Notes: generated from the sequence alone by a model not told the origin. Positions 39,155 to 50,010 are shown, numbered from the whole stretch's first letter. The stretch is 63,513 bases of DNA, filler included, from 9 parts of 9 records of this genome joined end to end with filler, not necessarily neighbours in it; one strand, 5' to 3'. Numbers and translations are program-made.

Positions 39155-40234
39155 TTATGAAAAATCCAGGTCTTTATTGGTCAGGTATTCATCCCACTCC
39201 CCAATGTCTCTCCAGGATTTTTCACTGATGGGGAATACCCCTATCCTGCCGTTTTGCTGACGGACCTGTTCAATCAAATCCGTTATATGGTAAAAAGTGT
39301 TCTCGGGGATCTTATCCAAAAGCGCCGGCTCCAAAATATACATCCCTGAATTGATTTTGAACATCACTTCCGGCTTTTCCTCAAGTTCGGTCAGGATACC
39401 GTTTTCACGGGTCTTTATGATACCATAGGGTATCCGGTAATGTTTGAGCGCCGCAACAATGGTAATAAGATTCTTGTTTCTTTTGTGGTAATCCAAAATA
39501 TTCCCGTAATCCTCATCAATGATGATATCGCAATTCACCATAAAAAAAGTTTCACGGACTTTACCCTTGAGCAGATAAAGACTTCCAGCCGTCCCCAAAG
39601 GTTTTTCCTCCTGAAAATAATCAATGTTGAACCCCTTATTCTCCACTGTATGAAAATAATGTTTGATCATTTCCGCCTTATAGTTCAGGGAAATATGAAA
39701 CCGGCTGCACCCCGAGGCAAGGAACCGGTCCATTATATGTTCAATGATGGTTTTTTTCCCTATGGGAATCAATGGTTTGGGAAGGATATTGGTCAGAGGT
39801 TCAAGCCGACTACCTTTTCCGCCGGCCATAACAACAACCGGCAGGTTCAATGGGTTATAACAATGCCGCTTTTCCCGGAATAATTCATCCCAGAACAGCA
39901 CATCAACCAGATTCCGGTCATGGTCAAGAACCGGCATGCATTCAGTCTTATTCACCAGCATATCTTCTTTAATCCGTTCAAAATCCTCCCCGATAAAGGC
40001 CACACTGATTTCTTGTCTTAAAATTTGAAAAATCGGTTCGTCCAGGCTGACATTTTTAATAATGGACCTTTGTATGTCTCCGATACTCAACACCCCTTTA
40101 AATGCCTTGCCTTTCATCACCAGCAGCAGCCGGACGGCAAGCGCATCCATTTTCTTCAGGCTTTCCATAACGGAGATATTGGGATCAATGGAAATTCTTT
40201 GAATTCTATCTGATTTTTTTATACGTTCCTCCAT
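39155..40234 (-). CDS. CBS + sugar-phosphate nucleotidyltransferase (PtmE/LegX-like)
   Basis: N-terminal CBS pair, VVMAGGKGSRL.PLT..LPKPL, EEKPLGTAG and WRDIG. Confidence 0.9.
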   Translation of the reverse strand: MEERIKKSDRIQRISIDPNISVMESLKKMDALAVRLLLVMKGKAFKGVLSIGDIQRSIIKNVSLDEPIFQILRQEISVAFIGEDFERIKEDMLVNKTECMPVLDHDRNLVDVLFWDELFREKRHCYNPLNLPVVVMAGGKGSRLEPLTNILPKPLIPIGKKTIIEHIMDRFLASGCSRFHISLNYKAEMIKHYFHTVENKGFNIDYFQEEKPLGTAGSLYLLKGKVRETFFMVNCDIIIDEDYGNILDYHKRNKNLITIVAALKHYRIPYGIIKTRENGILTELEEKPEVMFKINSGMYILEPALLDKIPENTFYHITDLIEQVRQQNGRIGVFPISEKSWRDIGEWDEYLTNKDLDFS

Positions 40235-40281
40235 GGCATTTTTCTATACTGGAATTTTCCCAGCTCCCCAATATTCTGAGT

Positions 40282-41289
40282 TCACACATTATATATATCC
40301 ATCTTATATTTTGACAGATTTTCAGGCACCGTAAACCAGTCGATGGTCCGCCTTAACCCCTCTTCCATTGAATATTCCGGTTGAAATCCGGTGAGGCGAT
40401 TCATTTTTGAATTGTCACAGCAGAGGCGGAACACCTCAGATGTATCAGGACGAAATCGTTTATCATCCGGGACAATTTCCAGATCCGCATTCATGAGGTT
40501 TTTTATCTGATTGACCATATCGTTTACGGATATTTCCCTGCCGGACCCGATATTCAAAATTTCCCCGATTGCCTCATCTGATTCGGCAATACGGATGAAT
40601 CCGGTGCAGGTATCCTGGACATAATTAAAATCACGGGTAGGCCTCAGATCACCCAGCATAAGGTTGGTTTTGCCTGCGGCAATCTGCCCTATTATGGTCG
40701 GGATAACAGCCCTTGCGCTCTGGCGGGGACCGTAAGTATTAAACGGCCGTGCAATGGAAAGGGGCAGGTTAAATGTATGAAAAAAACTCATGGCCATTTG
40801 GTCCGCCCCTATCTTGGATGCGGAATAAGGAGACTGGGGCTGAAGGGGGTGGGCTTCGTCAATAGGGACATATTGGGCAGTCCCATACACCTCTGAGGTG
40901 GAGGTATGAACCACCCGTTGGCATCCGTTTTCCCGTGCTGCCTGGCAGATGTTCAGGGTGCCTTTTATATTGGTATCCACATAACTATCCGGGGCGGTAT
41001 AAGAATAAGGGATGGCGATCAGGGCAGCCAGGTGAAAAATAAGGTCCTTATCCTTTGTAAGCTTTTTGCAAAAATGGGAATCCCTCACATCCCCGGAAAC
41101 GACCTTAACATCGGCCAGACAATCTATGCTGTCAAGCCACCCCCAGGAATTAAAAGAATTATAATAGCTCAATGCCGTGACATTCACATTTTTTTTCACC
41201 AGCATTTCAACAAGATGGGAACCGATAAATCCGTCCCCTCCGGTTACCAGAACCTGTTTATTCTCAAGTTTCAATTCGAGCCTCCCCAT
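40282..41289 (-). CDS. NAD-dependent 4,6-dehydratase, LegB-like
   Basis: VTGGDGFIGSHL, YNSFNSWGWLD, LAALIAIPYSY, TSTSEVYG, YSASK and RPFNTYGPRQSARA. Confidence 0.9.
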   Translation of the reverse strand: MGRLELKLENKQVLVTGGDGFIGSHLVEMLVKKNVNVTALSYYNSFNSWGWLDSIDCLADVKVVSGDVRDSHFCKKLTKDKDLIFHLAALIAIPYSYTAPDSYVDTNIKGTLNICQAARENGCQRVVHTSTSEVYGTAQYVPIDEAHPLQPQSPYSASKIGADQMAMSFFHTFNLPLSIARPFNTYGPRQSARAVIPTIIGQIAAGKTNLMLGDLRPTRDFNYVQDTCTGFIRIAESDEAIGEILNIGSGREISVNDMVNQIKNLMNADLEIVPDDKRFRPDTSEVFRLCCDNSKMNRLTGFQPEYSMEEGLRRTIDWFTVPENLSKYKMDIYNV

Positions 41290-42100
41290 GCCCTCTTGTC
41301 TTTTCAATAAAATCACGGGCCCTTTGGGCACATTTTCCCGACTCCCGGATGAGGATGTCATATCGGGCCGATGTATGCTGGCCCGTTTTTCTCTCAGGCC
41401 CGTGCCACCTGATGGAATACAGGATTTGGGACAGATGGTAAAACCGGGTGCCGGCCATGGCAAATCTCAGATAGTGGTCATAGTCATTTGCGGCAGTATA
41501 TGCCTCATCCATGAGCCCCACCGTCCTGTGAAGCTCGGTACGGTATAATTTGCTCACCCCGAGGTGAAACCAGTTAGCCAGGCTGGTGTTAAAATCAAAC
41601 TCCGGTACCCGCATCTGCCGGACAATAAGTCCCGAATCATCCACCAGGTTCATATCCGAATAAACGAAATCCCCTTTACCGGCTTCAAGGGCTTCAACCA
41701 TAAACTCTATCATATGGGGATGGGGCAGGTCATCTCCCACAATATAGGTGCAGTATTTTCCTGAAGCCAGGGCCAGCCCCTCATTATATGTCCGGGTGGC
41801 ACCGATATCCCGGTCAAAGGACAGAATTGTTAATTTCCTGTTCTGGGGGTAAACCCTGATTTTTTTACGGACAATGTCGTAAGTTTCAGACATCCGGGCA
41901 ACCGGATCCATTGTTTTATTCTTGATTTCCCCCTCAAGGGTTGAAAGGTAGGTTTTTGTAGAATCCATGGACCCGCCGTCAACAATGATGATTTCCAGAT
42001 TTTCATATGTCTGGAACAGGCAGTGGGAGACACAGGCCGGCAGGTATTGCCCCTGATTAAAGGTGGGAATGACAATTGTAACTAAAGGCTTTTCATTCAT
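41264..42100 (-). CDS. GT2 family glycosyltransferase
   Basis: VTIVIPTFNQ, IIIVDGGSMD, VGDD and DYDHYLR. Confidence 0.88.
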   Translation of the reverse strand: MNEKPLVTIVIPTFNQGQYLPACVSHCLFQTYENLEIIIVDGGSMDSTKTYLSTLEGEIKNKTMDPVARMSETYDIVRKKIRVYPQNRKLTILSFDRDIGATRTYNEGLALASGKYCTYIVGDDLPHPHMIEFMVEALEAGKGDFVYSDMNLVDDSGLIVRQMRVPEFDFNTSLANWFHLGVSKLYRTELHRTVGLMDEAYTAANDYDHYLRFAMAGTRFYHLSQILYSIRWHGPERKTGQHTSARYDILIRESGKCAQRARDFIEKTRGHGEARIET

Positions 42101-42101
42101 T

Positions 42102-43841
42102 TTAATGGTCCATATTTTCTTTGACATATTCCTGAGTAGGATAGACTATGGCCTCATCGGTTAAAGGTGCCAAAATCCTTCTGAAGGTATCAATAAACAA
42201 GGGGCCGTCCATTTCCTCAAGGCCGAAGCTGGTATAATTTTGTTTAAGAAAGGCCCGGACTTCAAGGGCCTCATGGGGAGCGGAGGCAACAGGCAAAAAC
42301 GGAAGTCCGTGGGCCCAGGCCTCATACATGGTTCGGCCCCCTGAGCATATCACAAGCTCATGTACCCCCATGAGGCCTAAAAGGTCCTCAGGGGCAATCA
42401 CCACCCGGGCTCCCTCGAGGGATGAGGCCAAATATTTCGCATCTCCCGGATCCCCAAAACCCGGCCCCAGGACCAGGGTAAATGCCACCCCTTCCCATGA
42501 AAATTTAGAGAGTGTTTTGAGCACCCTAAGTGTAAGCCCTGTAGGATCAGATCCCCCAAAGGTTATCAGAACACGGGTTTTTCCGGATACAGATCCTGCT
42601 GGTTTGGGTCTTGGCGCCTCAAGAATAAAATATTCAGGTCCCAAAAAATTTGGCCCGGCCGTTTTAAAGGCCTCTGGAACCTGGTCCAGAGCACGGACCG
42701 AGCTGTTTAGTACGGATGTCACCGAAGGAAACAAAAACCGGGCATCATCCACCAAAATGATGCCCATGCCAGAGTCATCGGCCTGTTCAAGCCTCTGAAC
42801 ATCCAAGTCCCCGTATGGCAGGTCCACCACCATCCACCGGATTCCCCTTTTTTTAACAAGGGCCATTGTTTCTTCAAACCGGTCCAGTTCCCGGACCATA
42901 ACCACTTCAAAACCTTTTTCCTGGACATATCCGACACCATCCTCATACCCGTGCATGATAAAAATAATCTCAGCGCCTCTTTCTGCCAGGACACGGGCCA
43001 CGATAAGGCAACGTGCGGCATGGCCGAAGGATAATCCCGGCAGCCGGGAGGCATCCACCCGAATGGCAACCTTGTCCGGTATACTGCCGCTGAAAACGTC
43101 TTCCACCCAGCCGGAAAACGGCTGCCATTTCTTTGGTCCGTTAAGCCGGTCGGCCCGGGCGATCACCTCCCCCAGAGGAATATCCCACTCCGGTTTTTCC
43201 AGGGAGGCGACCAGGGAAGCCACAAAGGAAAAGTCCCGGGCCGTATCCACGGTCAGCCGCAACTTTGGCCGGCAAAGAGGTGGGGGGGGATGAAGGGTAA
43301 AAGCAGAAAACAAATCCGGGCGGCGCAGGATATGAAGATTGATATGCTCACGTTCATCCGGATCCAGGGTTTTGCTGTTCAATTTTCTTAATACCCGGGC
43401 CCGGAATCCATCCACAGCCGTACCCAGGGGCATATCCACCACGGCCAGATAATCCGGCTCACTGCCACAAAGGGTGTCAATACAAAGATTGAGCATATCA
43501 GGACAAGTCAGGGGGTTATCTCCTGTGACCCGGATCACGAATTTGGCCGGATGGCGGTCAAGGCATTTAAGATACCGGGCCAGGACATCATTGGTGTGGC
43601 CCCGGACCACCGACATCCCCAGCCGTTTACCTGCCTGGGCCACGGAATCATCATCTGTCCGCTCCGTGGTCGCCAGCACAAGGCTCACCCCACCCCGATT
43701 GCCGCAACGAGAAATGCGCCGAAGCAAAAATTCTATCATGGGCATACCGGCCAGCTCCCGGAGTGCTTTTCCCGGCAGCCGGCTGGAATTAAACCGGCAT
43801 TGCACAACAATCAGAACATCATCACCAGGCCCTTCAGTCAT
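42102..43841 (-). CDS. SpsF-like cytidylyltransferase fused to PseG/SpsG-like hydrolase
   Basis: N-half QCRFNSSRLPGK, RVTGDNP, EREH and RLTVDT. C-half RVDAS...GHAARC, LITFGGSDP and GGRTMYE. Confidence 0.85.
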   Translation of the reverse strand: MTEGPGDDVLIVVQCRFNSSRLPGKALRELAGMPMIEFLLRRISRCGNRGGVSLVLATTERTDDDSVAQAGKRLGMSVVRGHTNDVLARYLKCLDRHPAKFVIRVTGDNPLTCPDMLNLCIDTLCGSEPDYLAVVDMPLGTAVDGFRARVLRKLNSKTLDPDEREHINLHILRRPDLFSAFTLHPPPPLCRPKLRLTVDTARDFSFVASLVASLEKPEWDIPLGEVIARADRLNGPKKWQPFSGWVEDVFSGSIPDKVAIRVDASRLPGLSFGHAARCLIVARVLAERGAEIIFIMHGYEDGVGYVQEKGFEVVMVRELDRFEETMALVKKRGIRWMVVDLPYGDLDVQRLEQADDSGMGIILVDDARFLFPSVTSVLNSSVRALDQVPEAFKTAGPNFLGPEYFILEAPRPKPAGSVSGKTRVLITFGGSDPTGLTLRVLKTLSKFSWEGVAFTLVLGPGFGDPGDAKYLASSLEGARVVIAPEDLLGLMGVHELVICSGGRTMYEAWAHGLPFLPVASAPHEALEVRAFLKQNYTSFGLEEMDGPLFIDTFRRILAPLTDEAIVYPTQEYVKENMDH

Positions 43842-44814
43842 CCGTGTTCTCCACCAACCCAAGGGTCAAAGGCTCATATGGGTCCATATCCCGGTTCAGC
43901 CGCCGGCCTTCCAGCCGGGCCAGGTCAGATGGAGACAGGGCCGATGCCGGACGACAAAAAAGCATATCCTCGGCCCTTACAGGGTCACCTTTTTTCAAAG
44001 CCCTGGCCGTGTAGAGTCCCCGCCTGAATGCCGGGGTATTCTTTCTGTCCGGGCGGTTGGCCAGAGCGGACTCATCACCCATCATTTGAACGGCAGATTC
44101 CACGTCTGAAACGAGCTGCTTAAGCTGGTATGGCCCAAGGGAGTGGCCATGATCCCCATCTTCCCTGTCAGGATAAATGGTAAAATGAGTCTCGAGAACC
44201 TGGGCCCCGAGAATGGCCGCCGCCAGGCAGGCCAGGGGGCTGTGGTGGTGATCGGAATACCCCACAGGCCTATTAAATTTCCTGGCCATAAGACCGATTG
44301 CCGCCAGGTTTAACTCTTGGGCTGCTGCAGGGTAATTTGAGATGCAATGCAAAAGGACCACTTCCCCGCTGCCCTGGCCGTCTAAAAAATCCAGGGTTGA
44401 TTTTATCTCTGTCATATCGGCCATACCCGTGGACAAAAAAATCCTCTTTCCTGTTTTTGCAACGGCAGCCAGGAGATGATGATTGGTGCAGTCCATGGAG
44501 GCAATTTTGACCGCCGGAACATCAATGTCCACCAGCCACTCCAGGGCCTTTACGGAAAAAGGGGTAGATAAAAAATCAATCCCGGCCTCCACAGCCCACC
44601 TGTTGAGTGTGCAAAGGTCACGATAACTCATCTCGGCCGGTTTTATGAGATCGAAATGGGGGGAGGAGGGCAGGGCAAGGTCAGTGCCCTGAAATGTCTG
44701 AAATTTCACCGCATCGGCACCAGCCTCGACAGCAGCGCTTATCATCTGGCGGGCGACCTCCATATCCCCTTCATGGTTGAAGCCGACTTCAGCAATTATA
44801 TAGGGTTTTTTCAT
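43834..44814 (-). CDS. NeuB/SpsE-family nonulosonic acid synthase
   Basis: IIAEVGFNHEGD, DAVKFQ, STPF, KIAS, LSTGM, LLHCISNYP, GYSDH and a C-terminal SAF domain. Confidence 0.92.
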   Translation of the reverse strand: MKKPYIIAEVGFNHEGDMEVARQMISAAVEAGADAVKFQTFQGTDLALPSSPHFDLIKPAEMSYRDLCTLNRWAVEAGIDFLSTPFSVKALEWLVDIDVPAVKIASMDCTNHHLLAAVAKTGKRIFLSTGMADMTEIKSTLDFLDGQGSGEVVLLHCISNYPAAAQELNLAAIGLMARKFNRPVGYSDHHHSPLACLAAAILGAQVLETHFTIYPDREDGDHGHSLGPYQLKQLVSDVESAVQMMGDESALANRPDRKNTPAFRRGLYTARALKKGDPVRAEDMLFCRPASALSPSDLARLEGRRLNRDMDPYEPLTLGLVENTDD

Positions 44815-44847
44815 TATTCCATCCTTAATTTACCCCGATCTTCGGGG

Positions 44848-45927
44848 TTAGTTTTTCATGAATGCGGCCATGACATACTTGGTTTTAAGATCTGAAAGGC
44901 GGACATCTTTTCTAAAGCAGTGTATGTCCTCAAGGACTTCGGAGAATACCGCTTCATCCTCTTGGGCCAGCCGCTTTGGTGTATAGGGGGTCGAACTGTC
45001 GCTATCGGTAAATGGACAAAGCTTTTTTGACCCCAGAAGGGTCAGTCCCGAATCGTCTGCAATCTCAATGAGGTCATCCAAAACCGGACGGATCCGTCCC
45101 TGATGAAAATAATTATAAAGCGTTTTGATATCATTTTCCCGGCCCGGCATATTTTCAGCAAAATACTCAAGGAGATCTTCCTGATTCAACCGCTGGCAGG
45201 CATAGGGGAACTCCCCCACGATCAGGGTGGCATTGACCGGGTACCACCAATACCGGTAAATAAAATAAAAGACTCCACCTGGCTCCAAGATTTCGGCCAC
45301 CTTGGCAAACAGGAGTCTGGGATCAAAATAATCAAGGCATAAGAATGCCGTCACCAGGTCATAATGGCCTTTGTGTCCGTATATATCCGCCAGAATATAA
45401 TCGTTAAACACAGGCTGGTCCAGCAATTCATAGTTCCAAAACAATGAACTGTCAGAGGGGGTATATCCAAAATTTTCCACATGGGTTTTAAGCATCTGTT
45501 CATCAAGGGCCGGCATATTTCTGCGAAGGGAACCAACCCCTTTAAGCTGAATAAAAAATTTGAGAAAAAGTTCCTCGGGCAGCATACGACTGAAGTCAAG
45601 GATTTCGGCACAAGCAGTCCACCGAGCCCGTTTCTCAGCCCGAAGCAGTTTGGAGGCAGTGGCTTCCCGTCCCCCGATATCCAAAGCCCTTTCAAAGGGC
45701 CCGCCGACACCGATCTCCTCAAGGAATTCCATGGACATGGTATAGGTAAAATAATCATATAAAAAAGAGTGAAACCCCACGCGATGATCCGGTGAAGGCC
45801 CCTGCTTATTGAATTCAAGATAGCCTTGAGGATTTGGATTGGCCCGTCTGTGACACCCCAGGAAGCCAGGCCATTTGATAATTTCTCGGCCATATTGGGT
45901 GATAAACTGCAAAGGTGTGATGCTCAT
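44848..45927 (-). CDS. Putative class I SAM-dependent methyltransferase
   Basis: RALDIGG, YDLVTAF and ILEPGGVF motifs. Confidence 0.65.
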   Translation of the reverse strand: MSITPLQFITQYGREIIKWPGFLGCHRRANPNPQGYLEFNKQGPSPDHRVGFHSFLYDYFTYTMSMEFLEEIGVGGPFERALDIGGREATASKLLRAEKRARWTACAEILDFSRMLPEELFLKFFIQLKGVGSLRRNMPALDEQMLKTHVENFGYTPSDSSLFWNYELLDQPVFNDYILADIYGHKGHYDLVTAFLCLDYFDPRLLFAKVAEILEPGGVFYFIYRYWWYPVNATLIVGEFPYACQRLNQEDLLEYFAENMPGRENDIKTLYNYFHQGRIRPVLDDLIEIADDSGLTLLGSKKLCPFTDSDSSTPYTPKRLAQEDEAVFSEVLEDIHCFRKDVRLSDLKTKYVMAAFMKN

Positions 45928-46440
45928 TTAACGCTCCTTGACATCCAGTTCATCCAGGGGGGAAAAAATCCGATTTTGGCGTGAGCAGATATCCTCAACC
46001 AGGACCTTGTCTGTGCATTTTCTGTAGAAGCCAGGATCCAGGTTGAGGAAGATGAAAAGGGAGACCAGTTTCAAGGAAAGCATCCAGCGGACCGCAGGGT
46101 GACCGGCAAAGGCAAATCCGGTATAGGCCCCAACAACATGGGGGAAAAACGCATCCGGATGCTGGTCATTGGTATCAAGTAAATCCTTGACAAACACCCC
46201 GCCTATAAACAGCTGCCGGCCGTCAAGGACGGCAATGGCATCAAGCGCCCCTTCCAGAAGGTTAAGCCCTTCGACTGCCATATAGGGAATAAGAGAAAAA
46301 ATCCGTTCCTTGATTTCCACAGGGGAAATCCCTTGGGCCATCCTTAGAATTCTTTTTCCCTGATCCCGGGAAACGGCCAGGTTCAGCCGAGTTCCCAGGA
46401 CAGGATGGTGAAAGCATATGGTAGGCTTGGTTACATCCAT
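45928..46440 (-). CDS. Hypothetical protein
   Basis: 170-aa ORF abutting the downstream gene in the operon. Confidence 0.6.
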   Translation of the reverse strand: MDVTKPTICFHHPVLGTRLNLAVSRDQGKRILRMAQGISPVEIKERIFSLIPYMAVEGLNLLEGALDAIAVLDGRQLFIGGVFVKDLLDTNDQHPDAFFPHVVGAYTGFAFAGHPAVRWMLSLKLVSLFIFLNLDPGFYRKCTDKVLVEDICSRQNRIFSPLDELDVKER

Positions 46441-46648
46441 AGATAAACTCCAATACCGGAATATACCGTTTTAAGACAGTTTTTTCTCCGGCCAGAAATA
46501 ATTCAACTCCCCTTTAAAAGCATCATTTATATATTCAAAAACAGGGNNNNNNNNNNNNNNNNNNNNNNNNNNNNNNNNNNNNNNNNNNNNTTAATTAATT
46601 AANNNNNNNNNNNNNNNNNNNNNNNNNNNNNNNNNNNNNNNNNNNNGC

Positions 46649-47749
46649 ACCACCTGGCCGCTTCCGCCCCGGTTACTGGCCAAACATCTGAAAGCATCTG
46701 AAAAAATTTTCATCATAGAAGAAGGAATGCCCTTCCTGGAAGACAACGTAAAGGCCCTCTGGACTGAACTGGGACCCGAAGCAGGGACAAAACGGTTCTT
46801 CGGACGTAAGAACGGACCCCTCCCCCCCACCAATGAACTCAACCCGGACCTGGTGGTTCAGGGTCTGGCGGCAATCCTGGGACTGCCGGGCCCTTCGCCG
46901 GATCAGGCCTACGGGGAACGGGCGAACGAACTTGCCAAAACCCATGCCCCGTTTCGGGCAATGACCTTCTGTCCCGGTTGTCCCCACCGGGCCTCCTACT
47001 GGCTTATCAACAGCGCGTTGAAACAGGATAACCGTAACGGTTTTGTCTGCGGCGACATCGGTTGTTATACAATGGGAGCCATATCCTGCGGTTTCAATAC
47101 CCTGAAAACCTCCCATGCCATGGGTTCGGGAACCGGGGTGGCTTCGGGCTTCGGCAAACTGAACCGCTTCGGTTTTGACCAGCCGGTCATGGCCGTCAGC
47201 GGGGACTCCACCTTTTTCCACGCGGTAATGCCGGCGTTGGTCAATGCAGTGCATAACCAGGCGGATATGATCCTGGTGGTGCTGGACAATTCGGGCACCG
47301 CCATGACCGGTTTCCAACCCCACCCGGGGACCCTTACCGATGCCGGAGGTGGCGCGCTGCCCGCCCTTGATATCGCGCGGATCTGTCAGGCCATGGACAT
47401 TGACGTGACCATCGCCGATCCATTTGAAACGGAATCCACCGAAAAGATCCTACTGGAGCTTCTGGATAATGGAGGGGGTGTCCGGGTTTTAATCCTGCGC
47501 CAGGCCTGTGCCTTAAGTCCCGGTAAAAAGGGAAAGCGCCTGTTTGACATGGCGGTTGACGAATCCGCCTGCCTGGCCGAGGATTGCGGCTGTAACCGCC
47601 TCTGTACCAGGATCTTCGGATGTCCCGGGCTCATCTGGGACCCGGAAGCAAAAAAAACCCGTATCGATGAGGTGATCTGTGTGGGCTGTGGGGTTTGCGC
47701 CTCCATCTGCCCCACTGGCGCCATTACAAAACAGGAGGTGCCCCGATGA
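46649..47749 (+). CDS. iorA: Indolepyruvate:ferredoxin oxidoreductase alpha subunit, 5'-truncated
   Basis: FCPGCPHR, GDIGCY, TPP motif GDSTFFH...LDN.GTAMTG.QPHPG and a C-terminal ferredoxin CVGCGVCASICP. Confidence 0.92.
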   Translation, partial: TTWPLPPRLLAKHLKASEKIFIIEEGMPFLEDNVKALWTELGPEAGTKRFFGRKNGPLPPTNELNPDLVVQGLAAILGLPGPSPDQAYGERANELAKTHAPFRAMTFCPGCPHRASYWLINSALKQDNRNGFVCGDIGCYTMGAISCGFNTLKTSHAMGSGTGVASGFGKLNRFGFDQPVMAVSGDSTFFHAVMPALVNAVHNQADMILVVLDNSGTAMTGFQPHPGTLTDAGGGALPALDIARICQAMDIDVTIADPFETESTEKILLELLDNGGGVRVLILRQACALSPGKKGKRLFDMAVDESACLAEDCGCNRLCTRIFGCPGLIWDPEAKKTRIDEVICVGCGVCASICPTGAITKQEVPR

Positions 47750-48363
47750 CGACTCCCACGCTTTCGGTTGATCCCTACAATCTCATTATCACCGGGGTAG
47801 GGGGCCAGGGGAATGTTCTGGCCTCGCGCCTGCTGGGACGTATGCTGGTGGCACAAGGTTATCATGTCACCATCGGCGAGACCTTCGGCGCCAGCCAGCG
47901 CGGCGGCTCGGTAATGAGCCACGTGCGGATCTCCACCCGTTCCGCCTGGTCTCCACAGATCCCGAGCGAAAATGCCCACATGGTTTTAGCCCTTGAGCCT
48001 TCGGAAGCTTTCCGGGTCCTGGCCGTATACGGCAATGCCGAGGTCCGGGTGATCTGGAACACCCGGCCCATGTACCCGGTCAGCGTCATCACCGGCCAGG
48101 CGGTCTATCCCGGACGGGAGGAAATATCCCGTGGACTGGACGAACTCTCGGCCAGGCATTGGCCCCTGGAAGCCACGGACCGTGCCCAGGCCATGGGCAA
48201 CCCCATTTTCGGCAACATCATGATGGTGGGAGCGCTCTCCGCCGTCTCCGATCTCCCCCTGGGTCCGGACATTTTTGAAAAAGCCATATGCGAAATGATG
48301 CCGCCGGCCAAAGTGCCCATTAACCTGGAGGCGTTTTCCTGGGGCAGGTCCGCTTTAACCTAG
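47746..48363 (+). CDS. iorB: Indolepyruvate oxidoreductase beta subunit
   Basis: ITGVGGQGN, GASQRGGSVMSHVR and NLEAF. ATGA-coupled to iorA. Confidence 0.92.
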   Translation: MTTPTLSVDPYNLIITGVGGQGNVLASRLLGRMLVAQGYHVTIGETFGASQRGGSVMSHVRISTRSAWSPQIPSENAHMVLALEPSEAFRVLAVYGNAEVRVIWNTRPMYPVSVITGQAVYPGREEISRGLDELSARHWPLEATDRAQAMGNPIFGNIMMVGALSAVSDLPLGPDIFEKAICEMMPPAKVPINLEAFSWGRSALT

Positions 48364-48492
48364 AGACCGGGCGAATATACCCGCCCCATATGATATAGGG
48401 GTGCGCCAAGTGGCTTGGCATATGTGGAAAAAGGCTTCAACTTCTTTAAGTAAATATATTTAATTATTTAACTTTCACTTACAGGAGGGCCC

Positions 48493-50010
48493 ATGAACAT
48501 ATCCGATATCATCAAGCGGCATGTGCGAGACACCCCTGACAAAACAGCGATCATTTTTGGAGAGCGCCGCATCACCTATGTCCAACTGGATGCACTCATC
48601 ACCCGGACGGCCCATGGCCTGTTGAGGAAAGGGCTCAAACGGGGCGATGTGCTCTCCCTGTTTCTGCCCAGCCTTCCGGAATTGATCATCGGTTATCTGG
48701 GGACGGCCCGGGCAGGAATTACCGTGAACGTGGTCAATGCCATGCTCCGGGAGCAGGAAGTGGCTTACATCCTGAAGGACTGCCAGAGCCGGGCCGTCAT
48801 TGTGGACAAGGCACGTCTCCCCATCATTGAAGCGGTGAGACCCGGATTGGAATCCCTTGAAATGGTGGTGGTGCATGGCGACATTGAAAGCAGCGGGTAT
48901 GCCGGCCTTGAATCGGTGTTGGATGGGGGGAGCCAAGAATTCAAACCGGTCGGGACAAAGGGAAGCGACATATGCCATCTCATGTACACCTCCGGGACAA
49001 CCGGGTGGCCGAAAGGGGTGATGGCCACCCACCTCAATATTTTCCACAATGCCACGGAATTCGGCAAGGTGCATTTCAATCCGGATGATATCACCATGGT
49101 GGCCACGCCCATTTTTCACTGCTGGGGGTTGATCAACGGGACTTTCGGAACCCTCTCAAGGGGCGGGACCGTCATTACGGTGGAACGTTTCTATCCTGAA
49201 CAAGCGTTGGACGAAATCGAAAGGCTGAAGCCAACCGTATTTCAGGGCGTACCCCCCATGTATAACCTCTTTTTGAAGCAGCCGGACATTGCCGAGCGGG
49301 ACATCTCCTCGGTGGTCTTCTGCCTCTCCGCCGCCACCAAGATGCCCGAGAATCTGATCCGTCAGATAGAAGATACGCTCAAATGGCGTTACGCGGAAGC
49401 CTGGGGGCTTACGGAGTCCTCCTGTGTGGGCACCACCGTACCGTATACGGAGACCCGGATCGGATCATGCGGCAAGGGGATGGACGATGCGGAAATCAAG
49501 GTGGTGGATGAGGCGGGAAATCCCCTCCCTCCCGGCGAACAGGGGGAGTTGTGCGTCAAGGGAATCTGCGTGACCAACGGGTATCTCAACAAACCGGATG
49601 CAACGGCGGATGTTTTCGATTCCGAGGGGTGGTTTCATGCGGGTGACATCGCCCATATGGACGAGGACGGATATGCCTATATCGTGGATCGGAAAAAAGA
49701 TATGATTAATGTGGGGGGCGAAAAGGTGTTCCCCTCTGAAGTGGAGGACATGATGATGGTGCATCCCAAAATCAGGGATCTTATCATCGTGGGGATTCCC
49801 GACGAGCTGAAAGGGGAAGCACCCAAGGCCTTCATACAGCTCAATGAAGGGGAAACGGCGACCTTGGAGGAGATAAGGGGATTCTGCAAGCCGAGGATGG
49901 CCCCCTATAAAGTCCCTGTGGTGGTGGAATTCATAGATGAAATTCCCCGTTCCGCGGCAGGCAAGCCGTTAAGGCGGCTGTTGCGGGATAAGGAATGGGA
50001 TCAGGCGTGA
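48493..50010 (+). CDS. AMP-binding acyl-CoA synthetase
   Basis: YTSGTTGWPKG, WGLTE, GWFHAGD, DRKKDMI.VGGEKV and PRSAAGK. Confidence 0.93.
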   Translation: MNISDIIKRHVRDTPDKTAIIFGERRITYVQLDALITRTAHGLLRKGLKRGDVLSLFLPSLPELIIGYLGTARAGITVNVVNAMLREQEVAYILKDCQSRAVIVDKARLPIIEAVRPGLESLEMVVVHGDIESSGYAGLESVLDGGSQEFKPVGTKGSDICHLMYTSGTTGWPKGVMATHLNIFHNATEFGKVHFNPDDITMVATPIFHCWGLINGTFGTLSRGGTVITVERFYPEQALDEIERLKPTVFQGVPPMYNLFLKQPDIAERDISSVVFCLSAATKMPENLIRQIEDTLKWRYAEAWGLTESSCVGTTVPYTETRIGSCGKGMDDAEIKVVDEAGNPLPPGEQGELCVKGICVTNGYLNKPDATADVFDSEGWFHAGDIAHMDEDGYAYIVDRKKDMINVGGEKVFPSEVEDMMMVHPKIRDLIIVGIPDELKGEAPKAFIQLNEGETATLEEIRGFCKPRMAPYKVPVVVEFIDEIPRSAAGKPLRRLLRDKEWDQA

